Shown: positions 1 to 7,625 of the stretch, one piece after another
How the letters are laid out: each line of letters begins with the position of its first letter
How positions within the stretch are numbered: position 1 is the first letter of the stretch
Assembly (NCBI GenBank): GCA_002716085.1
Contig: PAYZ01000001.1
Coordinates: 1-32,000 of the forward strand
Origin: Methanobacteriota archaeon
GTDB lineage: Archaea; Thermoplasmatota; Poseidoniia; Poseidoniales; Thalassarchaeaceae
DNA: 32,000 nucleotides
Direction: 5' to 3'
Notes under the pieces: generated by a model
Seen by the model: only the letters and a program-made list of their open reading frames with translations
Told to the model about the DNA's origin: nothing
Databases searched by the model: none
Translations under genes and position numbers: made by a program

Positions 1-1
1 A

Positions 2-868
2 GGCGAGTCTGACACAGTCAGAGATCAAGCAGTCGAGAAGGGAATCCAGAATGGAGTCATGACCGCATACGCCATCCACGAGCTAAACGCTGCTATAATC
101 AAGGCTGACGCTGGAAACTGGGGACCAGATGATGCTCAGCACGCCTGGGACGAGGGATGGGCATTCTACCACGGTCCCGATGATTCTGATCACGACTACG
201 ACGGTTGCGGACCATATGCCACTGCCAACAAGAGGGCCGGGAACTTCGGAACTGCCAATGCTGCTGGCACAGCAGCTACCAATGTCGCAACACTAGCGGC
301 AATGAACGCAGGACTCACCGCTATGCAGAACGAGGACAGGCAGGCACTAGTAGATGCACGAGACGAGATTCTCAAGCAAATTGTCATCGTATATTCACAG
401 GCCTCAGTAAGATATGCCTCTAAGATGACTGATGACCTAGCTGCTGGAGACAAGTCAGACTACGACAAGCATCAGGCAGAGGGCCACGCATTCTACAGGG
501 TTATAGAAGCATACGTTGCCGAGCACACTTCGATCTGCTACAACATGGCCTCCCACGTTGTCACAGCAGACAGCTCTCAGGCCTCTTGTGAGGGCTATTC
601 TTACTACGACGCAGCAACAGATAACAACAGCATGAACTACACTGGCTGTTACAACATAGTTTCCCATCAGACTACCGAAGACAACCAGTCTACTTGTGAG
701 GCGTATGGATGGATGGCTAATTACTACTCCAACAAGATCGTAGCAATGTTCGACTTGGCCAATGATGGAGATGCTAGCAAGGACTACGAAGCTGACATCA
801 GAATGTGGCTACAGCCGGCATGGGATCACTATGGAATCACGGCTGCTGATATAGGGACACTCCAATAA
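2..868 (+). CDS. 3' part of a probably secreted Cys-containing protein. Tentatively an imelysin/EfeM-, DUF4856- or Fea1/ISIP2a-like iron-binding protein. The 5' end lies outside the window.
   Basis: The frame of the 59..868 ORF stays open back to nt 2. MTAYAIHE... has no signal peptide, so the real start is probably upstream. An EG[WH]AFY motif occurs twice (AQHAWDEGWAFYHG and KHQAEGHAFYRVIE; the second contains HxxE). A CYN..SH..T.D...CE.Y module is duplicated. The family call rests on motif style and the iron-uptake neighbours, not on a search. Confidence 0.55.
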   Translation, partial: GESDTVRDQAVEKGIQNGVMTAYAIHELNAAIIKADAGNWGPDDAQHAWDEGWAFYHGPDDSDHDYDGCGPYATANKRAGNFGTANAAGTAATNVATLAAMNAGLTAMQNEDRQALVDARDEILKQIVIVYSQASVRYASKMTDDLAAGDKSDYDKHQAEGHAFYRVIEAYVAEHTSICYNMASHVVTADSSQASCEGYSYYDAATDNNSMNYTGCYNIVSHQTTEDNQSTCEAYGWMANYYSNKIVAMFDLANDGDASKDYEADIRMWLQPAWDHYGITAADIGTLQ

Positions 869-875
869 AATGGAT

Positions 876-958
876 ACGTTGGCGGGGGGGCATCACCCCA
901 ATAGCATCATTTTCGGTTTTTCCGTAAACCGACCCCCCGTCAACAACACCCATTTTTC
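876..958 (+). terminator. Nested hairpins followed by a T-run, downstream of the first CDS. Possible terminator or structured intergenic RNA.
   Basis: GTTGGCGGGGGG (878-889) can pair with CCCCCCGTCAAC (933-944): 12 bp including one G.U. An inner TCGGTTT (913-919) / AAACCGA (926-932) stem is an alternative, because it shares nt 932 region with the outer stem. CATTTTT follows at 951-957. The stop codon is at 866-868. Confidence 0.3.
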
Positions 959-991
959 GAGGATTAGCTGTACTAAATTATCGGTGTAACG

Positions 992-3370
992 ATGAGAATA
1001 GGAATAATTCTGGTAACTATTTTCCTGATCTCATTATTATCCCCAGTTAGTACATCTGAAGACTCAGAACAACATGCATTCACCTTGTCGGGCAACGTCT
1101 TCTCATCTGGGGGCCAACCAGCAAATTCAACTTCGATAAAGGTCGATTCGATGGAATCGACGTGGTCCTCCGAAGGATTTTACTCATTCGAAGGCATTTC
1201 CCCTGGAGAGCATACTGTTAGAGCATACTTCATGAACGATGGACATACTGTTGTGTACAGGAAGATAATTGTCGAATCCGATATGAATCTTGATTGGTAC
1301 GAGGGAAGGAACTGGATCACGTTCAAGGTCTTCGAAGATGACAACAATATTGCTGAATCATCACTAAACACTGTAGAACTAGTCGAGACTTCGGAGAATA
1401 TTTCCACTCATTCAGGAAGAGGGGAGTTCGGGCCTTACCAAATTGGAGAATACTATACACTAATGTCGTACTATGGGGGAGACGATCATTCAACTCAATT
1501 CATCCACTTCAGGATGGAGGCAGGGTCTTCTTCGGTACACGGTCCGAATGATTTCCATTTTTACCAGGGAAAGAATAGCAGGTACGGATTTTTAACCGAT
1601 TTAGATGGAAACCCCATCACTGGTGCATCTGTTAGTACTGAATCGGCTAGCTCGATTACTAACTCAGACGGCTTCTTTCTTCTCCAGAATATGGAAGTTG
1701 GTTCCACTCAGAACTTATCTGTTTCTAACTGGGGTTACCAAATCATCGATCCGATTAACATAGAGATTTCCGATGGAGAAGGGTGGCTTAATATCACCTC
1801 TACAGTTGAGATAGAAATGCCTGATTACGCCAATTTCACTACACAAATCATTACTTCTCCACTAGAACAGATTACTATTGATTGGAGTGGAGGAGAGTAT
1901 ATTGATTTCTACTCTCTATATCTAGGTGAAGAACTAGTTTACAGGGGCGAGAAGGAGAGTTTTAACTTCGTACCGGAACGGGCAGGAAACTATCAATTTA
2001 GAATCGAATCTTCCAATTCCAACGGCTCTAAGATCAATCCAAGTGATTTGCAGGTCATAGTTCTACCAAACCAGCCTAACTCAGATTTGTGGTCTCAGGG
2101 AATGAGTTGGAATTATTCTCTTCTCTCAACCCCAGAATTCTATCAAAACAAGACATACACGGCAATAGGATCGGAGCCAATAATAGACGCATTTGGTAAT
2201 AATCGCTCCTCGTACATTCTCAGAGTCTCGGACGAAGAATATGAGGAGGGGGAGAAGGCTTTCCGATGGGTAGACTCAGAGAGCCTAATGACAATTCACA
2301 CATTCTGGGTAGATGCACCTTCTTCATCTTCTTACTACATGGAAGGTTTCCTGGGTTGGAACTTCACCGATCCAAATGGTATTCCCGTGAATCCCCTCAA
2401 TTACGTAGCAGGGGGTGAACTAACTCTTCACTTCAACAGGACAAATATCATTGGAGTACCGGGCCATCCAAACGGTTACGCTGATACCATGAATTCTGTG
2501 ACAGTCACTCATGGAGTTGAACTTACTACTTCTGCGGGTACCTTCATCACGACTCATCTAGAAATAACTGATAACAATGATGGATTTGTCTCTTGGGAGA
2601 TGTGGTACAATGAGACAGTTAGGAACTGGGTCAAGATCATAGATAAGTTACCAGGATCTCACTCAGATGAGGTAATTTCCGAGTTGACATCATTCGAAGT
2701 CCCAACCTCTCCCCAATTCATTACTGAAGACAATAGTAACTTTTCTGACGATGATATAGAGATAGAATGGGCCCAATTCCCTGGTGCTCAAAGATACAAA
2801 CTAATAGAGAACGGAGAAGTTGTATACCTTGGAGAAGAATCCAAAATAAAACTCATCAACAGGAACGACGGAGAGTACAATTTCCAGATATTGGCAGAGA
2901 TGACATCAGGTCAGATTATTCAAGGTAAGAGTATTACCGTCGAGGTATTCTTTGTTCTAGAGCCGCCTGAATTTATTTCAAAGTCACACTCTACAATAAA
3001 TTCGGACCAATCAATTCTGATTTGGTCTCCAGTGGACAGGAGCCTAGATGAGTATTTTGCAGGGCAAGTGATCTATTCTGTCTGGGTAATGCCAGAAGAA
3101 GGGCCATCTTACGAAGCGTATAATGGTCCTGAGAACCAGACGCTTCTGGAGGGACTAGAAACAGGGATTAATCGAATTAGGGTAAAGGCAACTCTAGAAA
3201 ATGGAAAAACTTCAGAATTTTCAGACTCCATCTTCATTACTTTCGAAGAGCCAGAAGAGAACGAGGACGGCCTCCCTTTCCTACCAGCACTGACTACTCT
3301 GACTCTGCTTGTTTTCGCTTCCAGATTTTCAATTACGAGGAGGAATGAAAGTTGGCAAAATCACCCCTAA
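992..3370 (+). CDS. 792-aa anchored cell-surface glycoprotein. It has CarboxypepD_reg-like and FN3-like beta-sandwich modules around a central domain I cannot assign.
   Basis: N-terminal signal/TM (MRIGIILVTIFLISLLSPVSTSE). At least a dozen N-x-S/T sequons. Two carboxypeptidase-regulatory-like modules (FTLSGNVFS...GEHTVRAYF and YGFLTDLDGNPITGASV...). Three FN3-like modules (ITIDWSGGEY..., IEIEWAQFPGAQRYKL..., ILIWSPVD...). An acidic linker is followed by LPF, a hydrophobic stretch and RR at the C-terminus. Confidence 0.85.
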   Translation: MRIGIILVTIFLISLLSPVSTSEDSEQHAFTLSGNVFSSGGQPANSTSIKVDSMESTWSSEGFYSFEGISPGEHTVRAYFMNDGHTVVYRKIIVESDMNLDWYEGRNWITFKVFEDDNNIAESSLNTVELVETSENISTHSGRGEFGPYQIGEYYTLMSYYGGDDHSTQFIHFRMEAGSSSVHGPNDFHFYQGKNSRYGFLTDLDGNPITGASVSTESASSITNSDGFFLLQNMEVGSTQNLSVSNWGYQIIDPINIEISDGEGWLNITSTVEIEMPDYANFTTQIITSPLEQITIDWSGGEYIDFYSLYLGEELVYRGEKESFNFVPERAGNYQFRIESSNSNGSKINPSDLQVIVLPNQPNSDLWSQGMSWNYSLLSTPEFYQNKTYTAIGSEPIIDAFGNNRSSYILRVSDEEYEEGEKAFRWVDSESLMTIHTFWVDAPSSSSYYMEGFLGWNFTDPNGIPVNPLNYVAGGELTLHFNRTNIIGVPGHPNGYADTMNSVTVTHGVELTTSAGTFITTHLEITDNNDGFVSWEMWYNETVRNWVKIIDKLPGSHSDEVISELTSFEVPTSPQFITEDNSNFSDDDIEIEWAQFPGAQRYKLIENGEVVYLGEESKIKLINRNDGEYNFQILAEMTSGQIIQGKSITVEVFFVLEPPEFISKSHSTINSDQSILIWSPVDRSLDEYFAGQVIYSVWVMPEEGPSYEAYNGPENQTLLEGLETGINRIRVKATLENGKTSEFSDSIFITFEEPEENEDGLPFLPALTTLTLLVFASRFSITRRNESWQNHP

Positions 3371-4434
3371 TACCGATTTTCCTCTTTTCAGTAGTGTTTC
3401 TATCCGCTATTGGTGCATGGCAGTTTTCATCCACAATTTCTGATACAAATCAATCTGGATCAATTTCTGTGGTCGACTCCAATGGTAAAGAGCACTTCTT
3501 TGACGAGCCCCCCAATCGTGTGGTTCTGACAAATACTTACGCTGCAAGTGTGATGAGGATGCTGGGAATCAACAATTCAGTAATTGTCGGGGTCTCTGGT
3601 GACTTCTACGACGAGACTCTGTGGCCAGAACTGTCCAGAAGAGAAATTGTGCAGCAATCTGCTCATTCTGAGATTGATTTCGAGGCCCTTTTGGATTCTC
3701 GTCCAGATGTCTACATAGTTTTCGCTACAAATGGCATGGTTGACACCAATTCAATCAGAGAGAAATTAGAACCTGTAGGGATAAGGGTCCTAGCCTTGGA
3801 TTTCTACAAGTACGACACTCTGAGGATTGAGATTGGAGTCATGGCAGAGTTATTTGGAAAACAGAGTGAGGCCGAGGATTTGTTTTCCGAGTTCGACTCA
3901 ATCGAGAACATGGTAACCAGTCGAACTTCGCAGTTAACAGAATCTGAGAGGCCAATTGTAGTCATGGAGCACCATGCATCTCTCACTCGCGACCCTGTTG
4001 TGCTTACTGGGACATCACAGTGGACAGATATGATATACAAATCAGGAGCAATTAATCAGTTTGCAGATCTTCCAGGCCACACAACTCATGTTGATATGGA
4101 AGCGATCCTAGATGCAAACCCAGACGTATTGATGTTTGATGGAATTGTTTTCGATATTGGATTCAATTCCTTTGATGATGGGGGCAAGTGCGACACTCAT
4201 CTGGAATTTATTAGAGGAAGGCCCGGTTTTGAAGATATTAATGCTGTTAAGGACGACCGAATGGTGATCATGTCTGGCGAATTTGCAGGGCCAATGATGA
4301 TTCACGGTCTTCCTACTTTAGCTAAGATCATCCACCCGGAGATTTTCTCAGATATAGACGCAGATTCTATTCTCGACGAATATTTCTCAAAGTATCATGG
4401 AATTGAACGAAGGGGCAAGTTCGTTTGCACATAG
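3352..4434 (+). CDS. ABC importer substrate-binding protein, type-2 (FecB/BtuF/HemT class; iron-siderophore, haem or cobalamin).
   Basis: TTG start with GGAGG (3339-3343) 8 nt upstream. It overlaps the upstream stop by 19 nt. N-terminal TM anchor (PLIPIFLFSVVFLSAIGAW). The fold-style motifs of Peripla_BP_2 proteins are present (RVVLTNTYAASVMRMLGI..., PDVYIVF..., NPDVLMFDG). It sits directly upstream of a FecCD permease. Confidence 0.85.
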   Translation: MAKSPLIPIFLFSVVFLSAIGAWQFSSTISDTNQSGSISVVDSNGKEHFFDEPPNRVVLTNTYAASVMRMLGINNSVIVGVSGDFYDETLWPELSRREIVQQSAHSEIDFEALLDSRPDVYIVFATNGMVDTNSIREKLEPVGIRVLALDFYKYDTLRIEIGVMAELFGKQSEAEDLFSEFDSIENMVTSRTSQLTESERPIVVMEHHASLTRDPVVLTGTSQWTDMIYKSGAINQFADLPGHTTHVDMEAILDANPDVLMFDGIVFDIGFNSFDDGGKCDTHLEFIRGRPGFEDINAVKDDRMVIMSGEFAGPMMIHGLPTLAKIIHPEIFSDIDADSILDEYFSKYHGIERRGKFVCT

Positions 4435-4449
4435 GAGGTGTTATCTCTG

Positions 4450-5487
4450 ATGGATTCCCTGTCTAAGAAACATATTGCAAACTCGAAACTCCAGATTTCT
4501 AAGATAATCGTTCTAGTTGTTTCCACACTCCTTTTTTCTTTGCTAGCAATGGGATGGGGGTCATCTTCAAATCTTGATATGGCGACTACAATGAAGATTA
4601 TTCTAGGTTTGGAGGATCCAGATGAAGTACAGTCAGCCATAATATGGAAGCTTAGATTTCCTAGAATATTGATGGCAATAATTGCAGGCGCCGCTCTGGC
4701 AACTGCAGGTGCACTGATGCAGGGTTGTCTAGGAAATCCCCTAGTGTCACCTCTTACTTTGGGTGTTGCTTCTGGAGCAGCTCTAGGTGCTGCGTTTGCA
4801 ATAATTCTAGACTTTTCTGTATTCCCTCAGATTGCAATTGTCACAAACTCTTTCCTTTTCTCTCTACTAGTGGTCGGGGTAATTATTCAACTGGGTAAAA
4901 TGCGTTCCGTTTCTGCAGAGTCCTACATTTTGGTCGGAATCGCAATCACATTTATCGCTGGAGCCATCGTTTCTACAATGCAATATTTCGCTACAGATGC
5001 TCAACTTTCTCAATTGACGCATTGGTCCTTTGGAAGCCTGTCCAGACCAACTCTTTCGAATGTCGTATGGATTGGTTTAGGTGTCGCTTTTCTAATGCCT
5101 TTGGCAATGACCTCGTCTTGGGATCTTAACGCAATGTCATTGGGGGGTGACGATTTTGCAATCTCCACGGGGGTAGATCCAGAATCTACTAGGAAGAATA
5201 TTCTGATTCTTTCAGCCCTTATGACATCATTGGTGATTGCATTTACAGGGTTAATTGGTTTCGTCGGACTAGCTGCTCCACATATGAGTAGGCTAGTAAT
5301 CGGTAATGACTACAGAAAGCTAATTCCATGCTCTGCAGTAGCTGGATCTTTCCTGATGCTTTTCGCTGACACAGTAGGAAGGATTGCATTCGCCCCCATA
5401 GTTATTCCAGTAGGAATTATGCTATCCATTGTCGGCGGCCCTCTATTCATGTATCTATTATTGAACAATAGGGGGGAGATAATGTGA
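4450..5487 (+). CDS. FecCD/BtuC-family ABC importer permease.
   Basis: Polytopic membrane protein with typical FecCD motifs (RFPRILMAIIAGAALATAGALMQ, NPLVSPLTLGVASGAALGA, GLIGFVGLAAPHMSRL, GGPLFMYLL). The ATG at 4450 lies 11 nt after AGGAGG (4433-4438). The GTG at 4438 from the ORF track is the alternative start. Confidence 0.9.
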   Translation: MDSLSKKHIANSKLQISKIIVLVVSTLLFSLLAMGWGSSSNLDMATTMKIILGLEDPDEVQSAIIWKLRFPRILMAIIAGAALATAGALMQGCLGNPLVSPLTLGVASGAALGAAFAIILDFSVFPQIAIVTNSFLFSLLVVGVIIQLGKMRSVSAESYILVGIAITFIAGAIVSTMQYFATDAQLSQLTHWSFGSLSRPTLSNVVWIGLGVAFLMPLAMTSSWDLNAMSLGGDDFAISTGVDPESTRKNILILSALMTSLVIAFTGLIGFVGLAAPHMSRLVIGNDYRKLIPCSAVAGSFLMLFADTVGRIAFAPIVIPVGIMLSIVGGPLFMYLLLNNRGEIM

Positions 5488-6293
5488 GCAGCCTTCTAGA
5501 AGTCAGCAAATTGAATTACAGTTGGGGCCAGAAAAAGGTTCTCAATGACATTACATTCGATATACAATCCAACCATATAGTAGCAATCCTAGGGAAGAAT
5601 GGAGTGGGTAAAACTACTCTGATAAAGTGCATTAATAGAGTCCTCAATCCCGATTCAGGAACTATCAAGATTTCAACACAGAATACTTCCGATCTATCCT
5701 TTTTGGATATTTCAAAATCTGTCTCATATGTCCCACAATCAGTTAAAACTAGCTTTTCGATGGACGTTTTTGAGGTAGTTCTACTAGGTAGGAAGCCGCA
5801 TATCTCATGGAGAGTTTCTAAAGAGGACAGGGAGGCGGTAAGCAGAACTCTGCGTCTACTCGGACTGGAGGATCTAGCTTTCCGAAAGTTCGACAGGCTT
5901 TCTGGAGGGGAGAGACAGAGGGTAGTTGTAGCAAAGGCAGTAGTCCAAGATCCGTCTATTTTCCTATTCGACGAACCTACTAGCGATTTGGATTTGAGGA
6001 ATCAGATCGAGGTAATGAAGAGCATCAAGCAAATTGTTTCTGATTCAGAATCAGAAAAATCTGCTATTATCGCAATCCATGATATCAATATTGCAGCAAG
6101 ATTCGCTGACAGGATTCTTCTATTGCACAATGGAAAGATAAAGGCGGACGGAACTCCCACGGAGGTCCTGACGAGGGAGAATATAGCTCAAGTCTTCGAA
6201 GTAACTTGTGAAATCATCCTCCCAACAGAAAAATCTCCAATGCGGGTTCTAGTTGATGATGAAATATGGTACAAGGAAAAGAAAAGGGATTGA
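5484..6293 (+). CDS. ABC importer ATPase (FecE/FepC/BtuD class).
   Basis: Walker A GKNGVGKTT, signature LSGGERQRV, Walker B IFLFDEPTSDLD, H-loop IHDIN. The GTG start overlaps the permease stop (GTGA at 5484-5487). Confidence 0.92.
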   Translation: MSSLLEVSKLNYSWGQKKVLNDITFDIQSNHIVAILGKNGVGKTTLIKCINRVLNPDSGTIKISTQNTSDLSFLDISKSVSYVPQSVKTSFSMDVFEVVLLGRKPHISWRVSKEDREAVSRTLRLLGLEDLAFRKFDRLSGGERQRVVVAKAVVQDPSIFLFDEPTSDLDLRNQIEVMKSIKQIVSDSESEKSAIIAIHDINIAARFADRILLLHNGKIKADGTPTEVLTRENIAQVFEVTCEIILPTEKSPMRVLVDDEIWYKEKKRD

Positions 6294-6294
6294 A

Positions 6295-6747
6295 ATGACT
6301 GAACGGAAATTGACGATTATTTATGGAACAGAAACAGGAAACTCAGAAGAATTAGCTGAAGATACAGCAATATCAGCAAAAAAATACGACCTCACCCCTG
6401 TCGTAGTTGATATGGAAGATATGACTGCAGATTCAATTTCAGAGGTTGAGAGATTAATTGTTATTTGCAGTACATGGGGTGAAGGCGAACAACCAGTCAA
6501 TGCACAGGATCTTTACGACGATGTTTGCCAACTCGAAGATTCAAAGTTAGAAAATACAAAATTTTCAGTTCTTGCACTCGGAGATTCAGCTTTCGAGTTT
6601 TTCTGTGAATCTGGCAAAGAGTGGGACGCAATTCTTGAGAAAAAGGGAGGTATTAGAATTAATGATAGAATCGATTGCGATACAGATTATGATGACTATG
6701 TCGAGGAGTGGATCAACACAACTCTAAGTTTTATGAAGGATGTTTGA
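6295..6747 (+). CDS. Flavodoxin (FMN-binding, CysJ/P450-reductase-like flavodoxin domain).
   Basis: LTIIYGTETGNSEELAED is the phosphate-binding loop. LVICSTWGEGEQP and VLALGDSAFEFFCESGK are also present. The ATG at 6295 lies 1 nt after the ATPase stop. The 6253 start in the ORF track would overlap the ATPase by 41 nt. Confidence 0.85.
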   Translation: MTERKLTIIYGTETGNSEELAEDTAISAKKYDLTPVVVDMEDMTADSISEVERLIVICSTWGEGEQPVNAQDLYDDVCQLEDSKLENTKFSVLALGDSAFEFFCESGKEWDAILEKKGGIRINDRIDCDTDYDDYVEEWINTTLSFMKDV

Positions 6748-6764
6748 TAGGGGGAAAGAGAGAA

Positions 6765-7613
6765 ATGTCAGAGAAAGAAGACTCCAGAAAAGTGATATCG
6801 CGACACTCTCCTCCAAGTGGAAGAAATACTCAGAACCAAGAATTACTTTACGACGCAAATATCCCAACCCCCTCCCATCCTGAACTGGCCAGAACCATGG
6901 CAAGAAAAATTGGAACAGGAACACTTTGCACGTTGTCTTCTAATCCAGAAGGATATCCATACGGATCTTTTGTTACCTATTCGATCCATAATGGAGATCC
7001 AATTTTCTTAATTAGTGCTCTCGCAGAGCATACAAAGAACCTCAACCTATCTACTAGGTCATCATTACTAATTTCAGAGGGAGGCGAAGGAAATCCACTG
7101 GCATTGGGAAGAGTTACGCTAATCGGAGATTGTTTAATAATGCCTGAAGAGGAAAGGCAATCGGCCAAGGAAAACTTTCTAGAAAAGCATGAAAGCGCCT
7201 CATTCTATGTTGATTTCAAAGACTTTCACTTCTACAAACTAAGAGTCGACTCCGTGAGATACATAGGTGGATTTGGCCGAATGTCTTGGATTGATGGTGA
7301 CGATTGGTCCAAAGCCCAACCAGATCCTCTAGAACCATTCTCAAAGGACATTATTGACCATATGAATGATGACCACATTGATGCAATGATCGACTGTTGT
7401 ATTAATTTGAGTAAAGCAGTAGACACTTCAAACGTAGAGATGACAGGAATCGATCGATACGGATTTGAGATGTCGGCAATTACAGAAGAGGGGCCAAGAC
7501 CAATCAGGATCGCATTCAATAAACAGGCCACAACCCCTGAAGAGGCTAGAATCCAAATCATCTCAAGAGTAAAAGAAGCCAGACAGATTTCCAAAGACAA
7601 AGACAAACCGTGA
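6765..7613 (+). CDS. HugZ/COG0748-type putative haem-utilisation protein (PNPOx-like split beta-barrel plus DUF2470).
   Basis: ARTMARKIGTGTLCTLS...GYPYGSFVTYS...LISALAEHTKNL...GRVTLIGD...FYVDFKDFHFYKLRVDSVRYIGGFGRMSWI is the split barrel. IIDHMNDDHIDAM...MTGIDRYGFEM...IRIAF is the DUF2470-like part. The ATG at 6765 follows GGGGAAAGAGAG and lies 17 nt after the flavodoxin stop. Confidence 0.7.
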   Translation: MSEKEDSRKVISRHSPPSGRNTQNQELLYDANIPTPSHPELARTMARKIGTGTLCTLSSNPEGYPYGSFVTYSIHNGDPIFLISALAEHTKNLNLSTRSSLLISEGGEGNPLALGRVTLIGDCLIMPEEERQSAKENFLEKHESASFYVDFKDFHFYKLRVDSVRYIGGFGRMSWIDGDDWSKAQPDPLEPFSKDIIDHMNDDHIDAMIDCCINLSKAVDTSNVEMTGIDRYGFEMSAITEEGPRPIRIAFNKQATTPEEARIQIISRVKEARQISKDKDKP

Positions 7614-7625
7614 CTTTCAACCCAA

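Noticed and set aside
870-989. A 39-codon ORF (MDTLAGGHHPNSIIFGF...) that fills the spacer before the 792-aa gene.
   Set aside because: It has no SD, its composition is dictated by the G/C-run hairpin, and it has no recognisable features. The hairpin explains the sequence better.
950-991. A Fur/DtxR-type iron box upstream of the 792-aa gene.
   Set aside because: Only TTAG-N5-CTAA (within GGATTAGCTGTACTAAATT) is palindromic. Its match to the 19-bp DtxR/IdeR consensus is poor.
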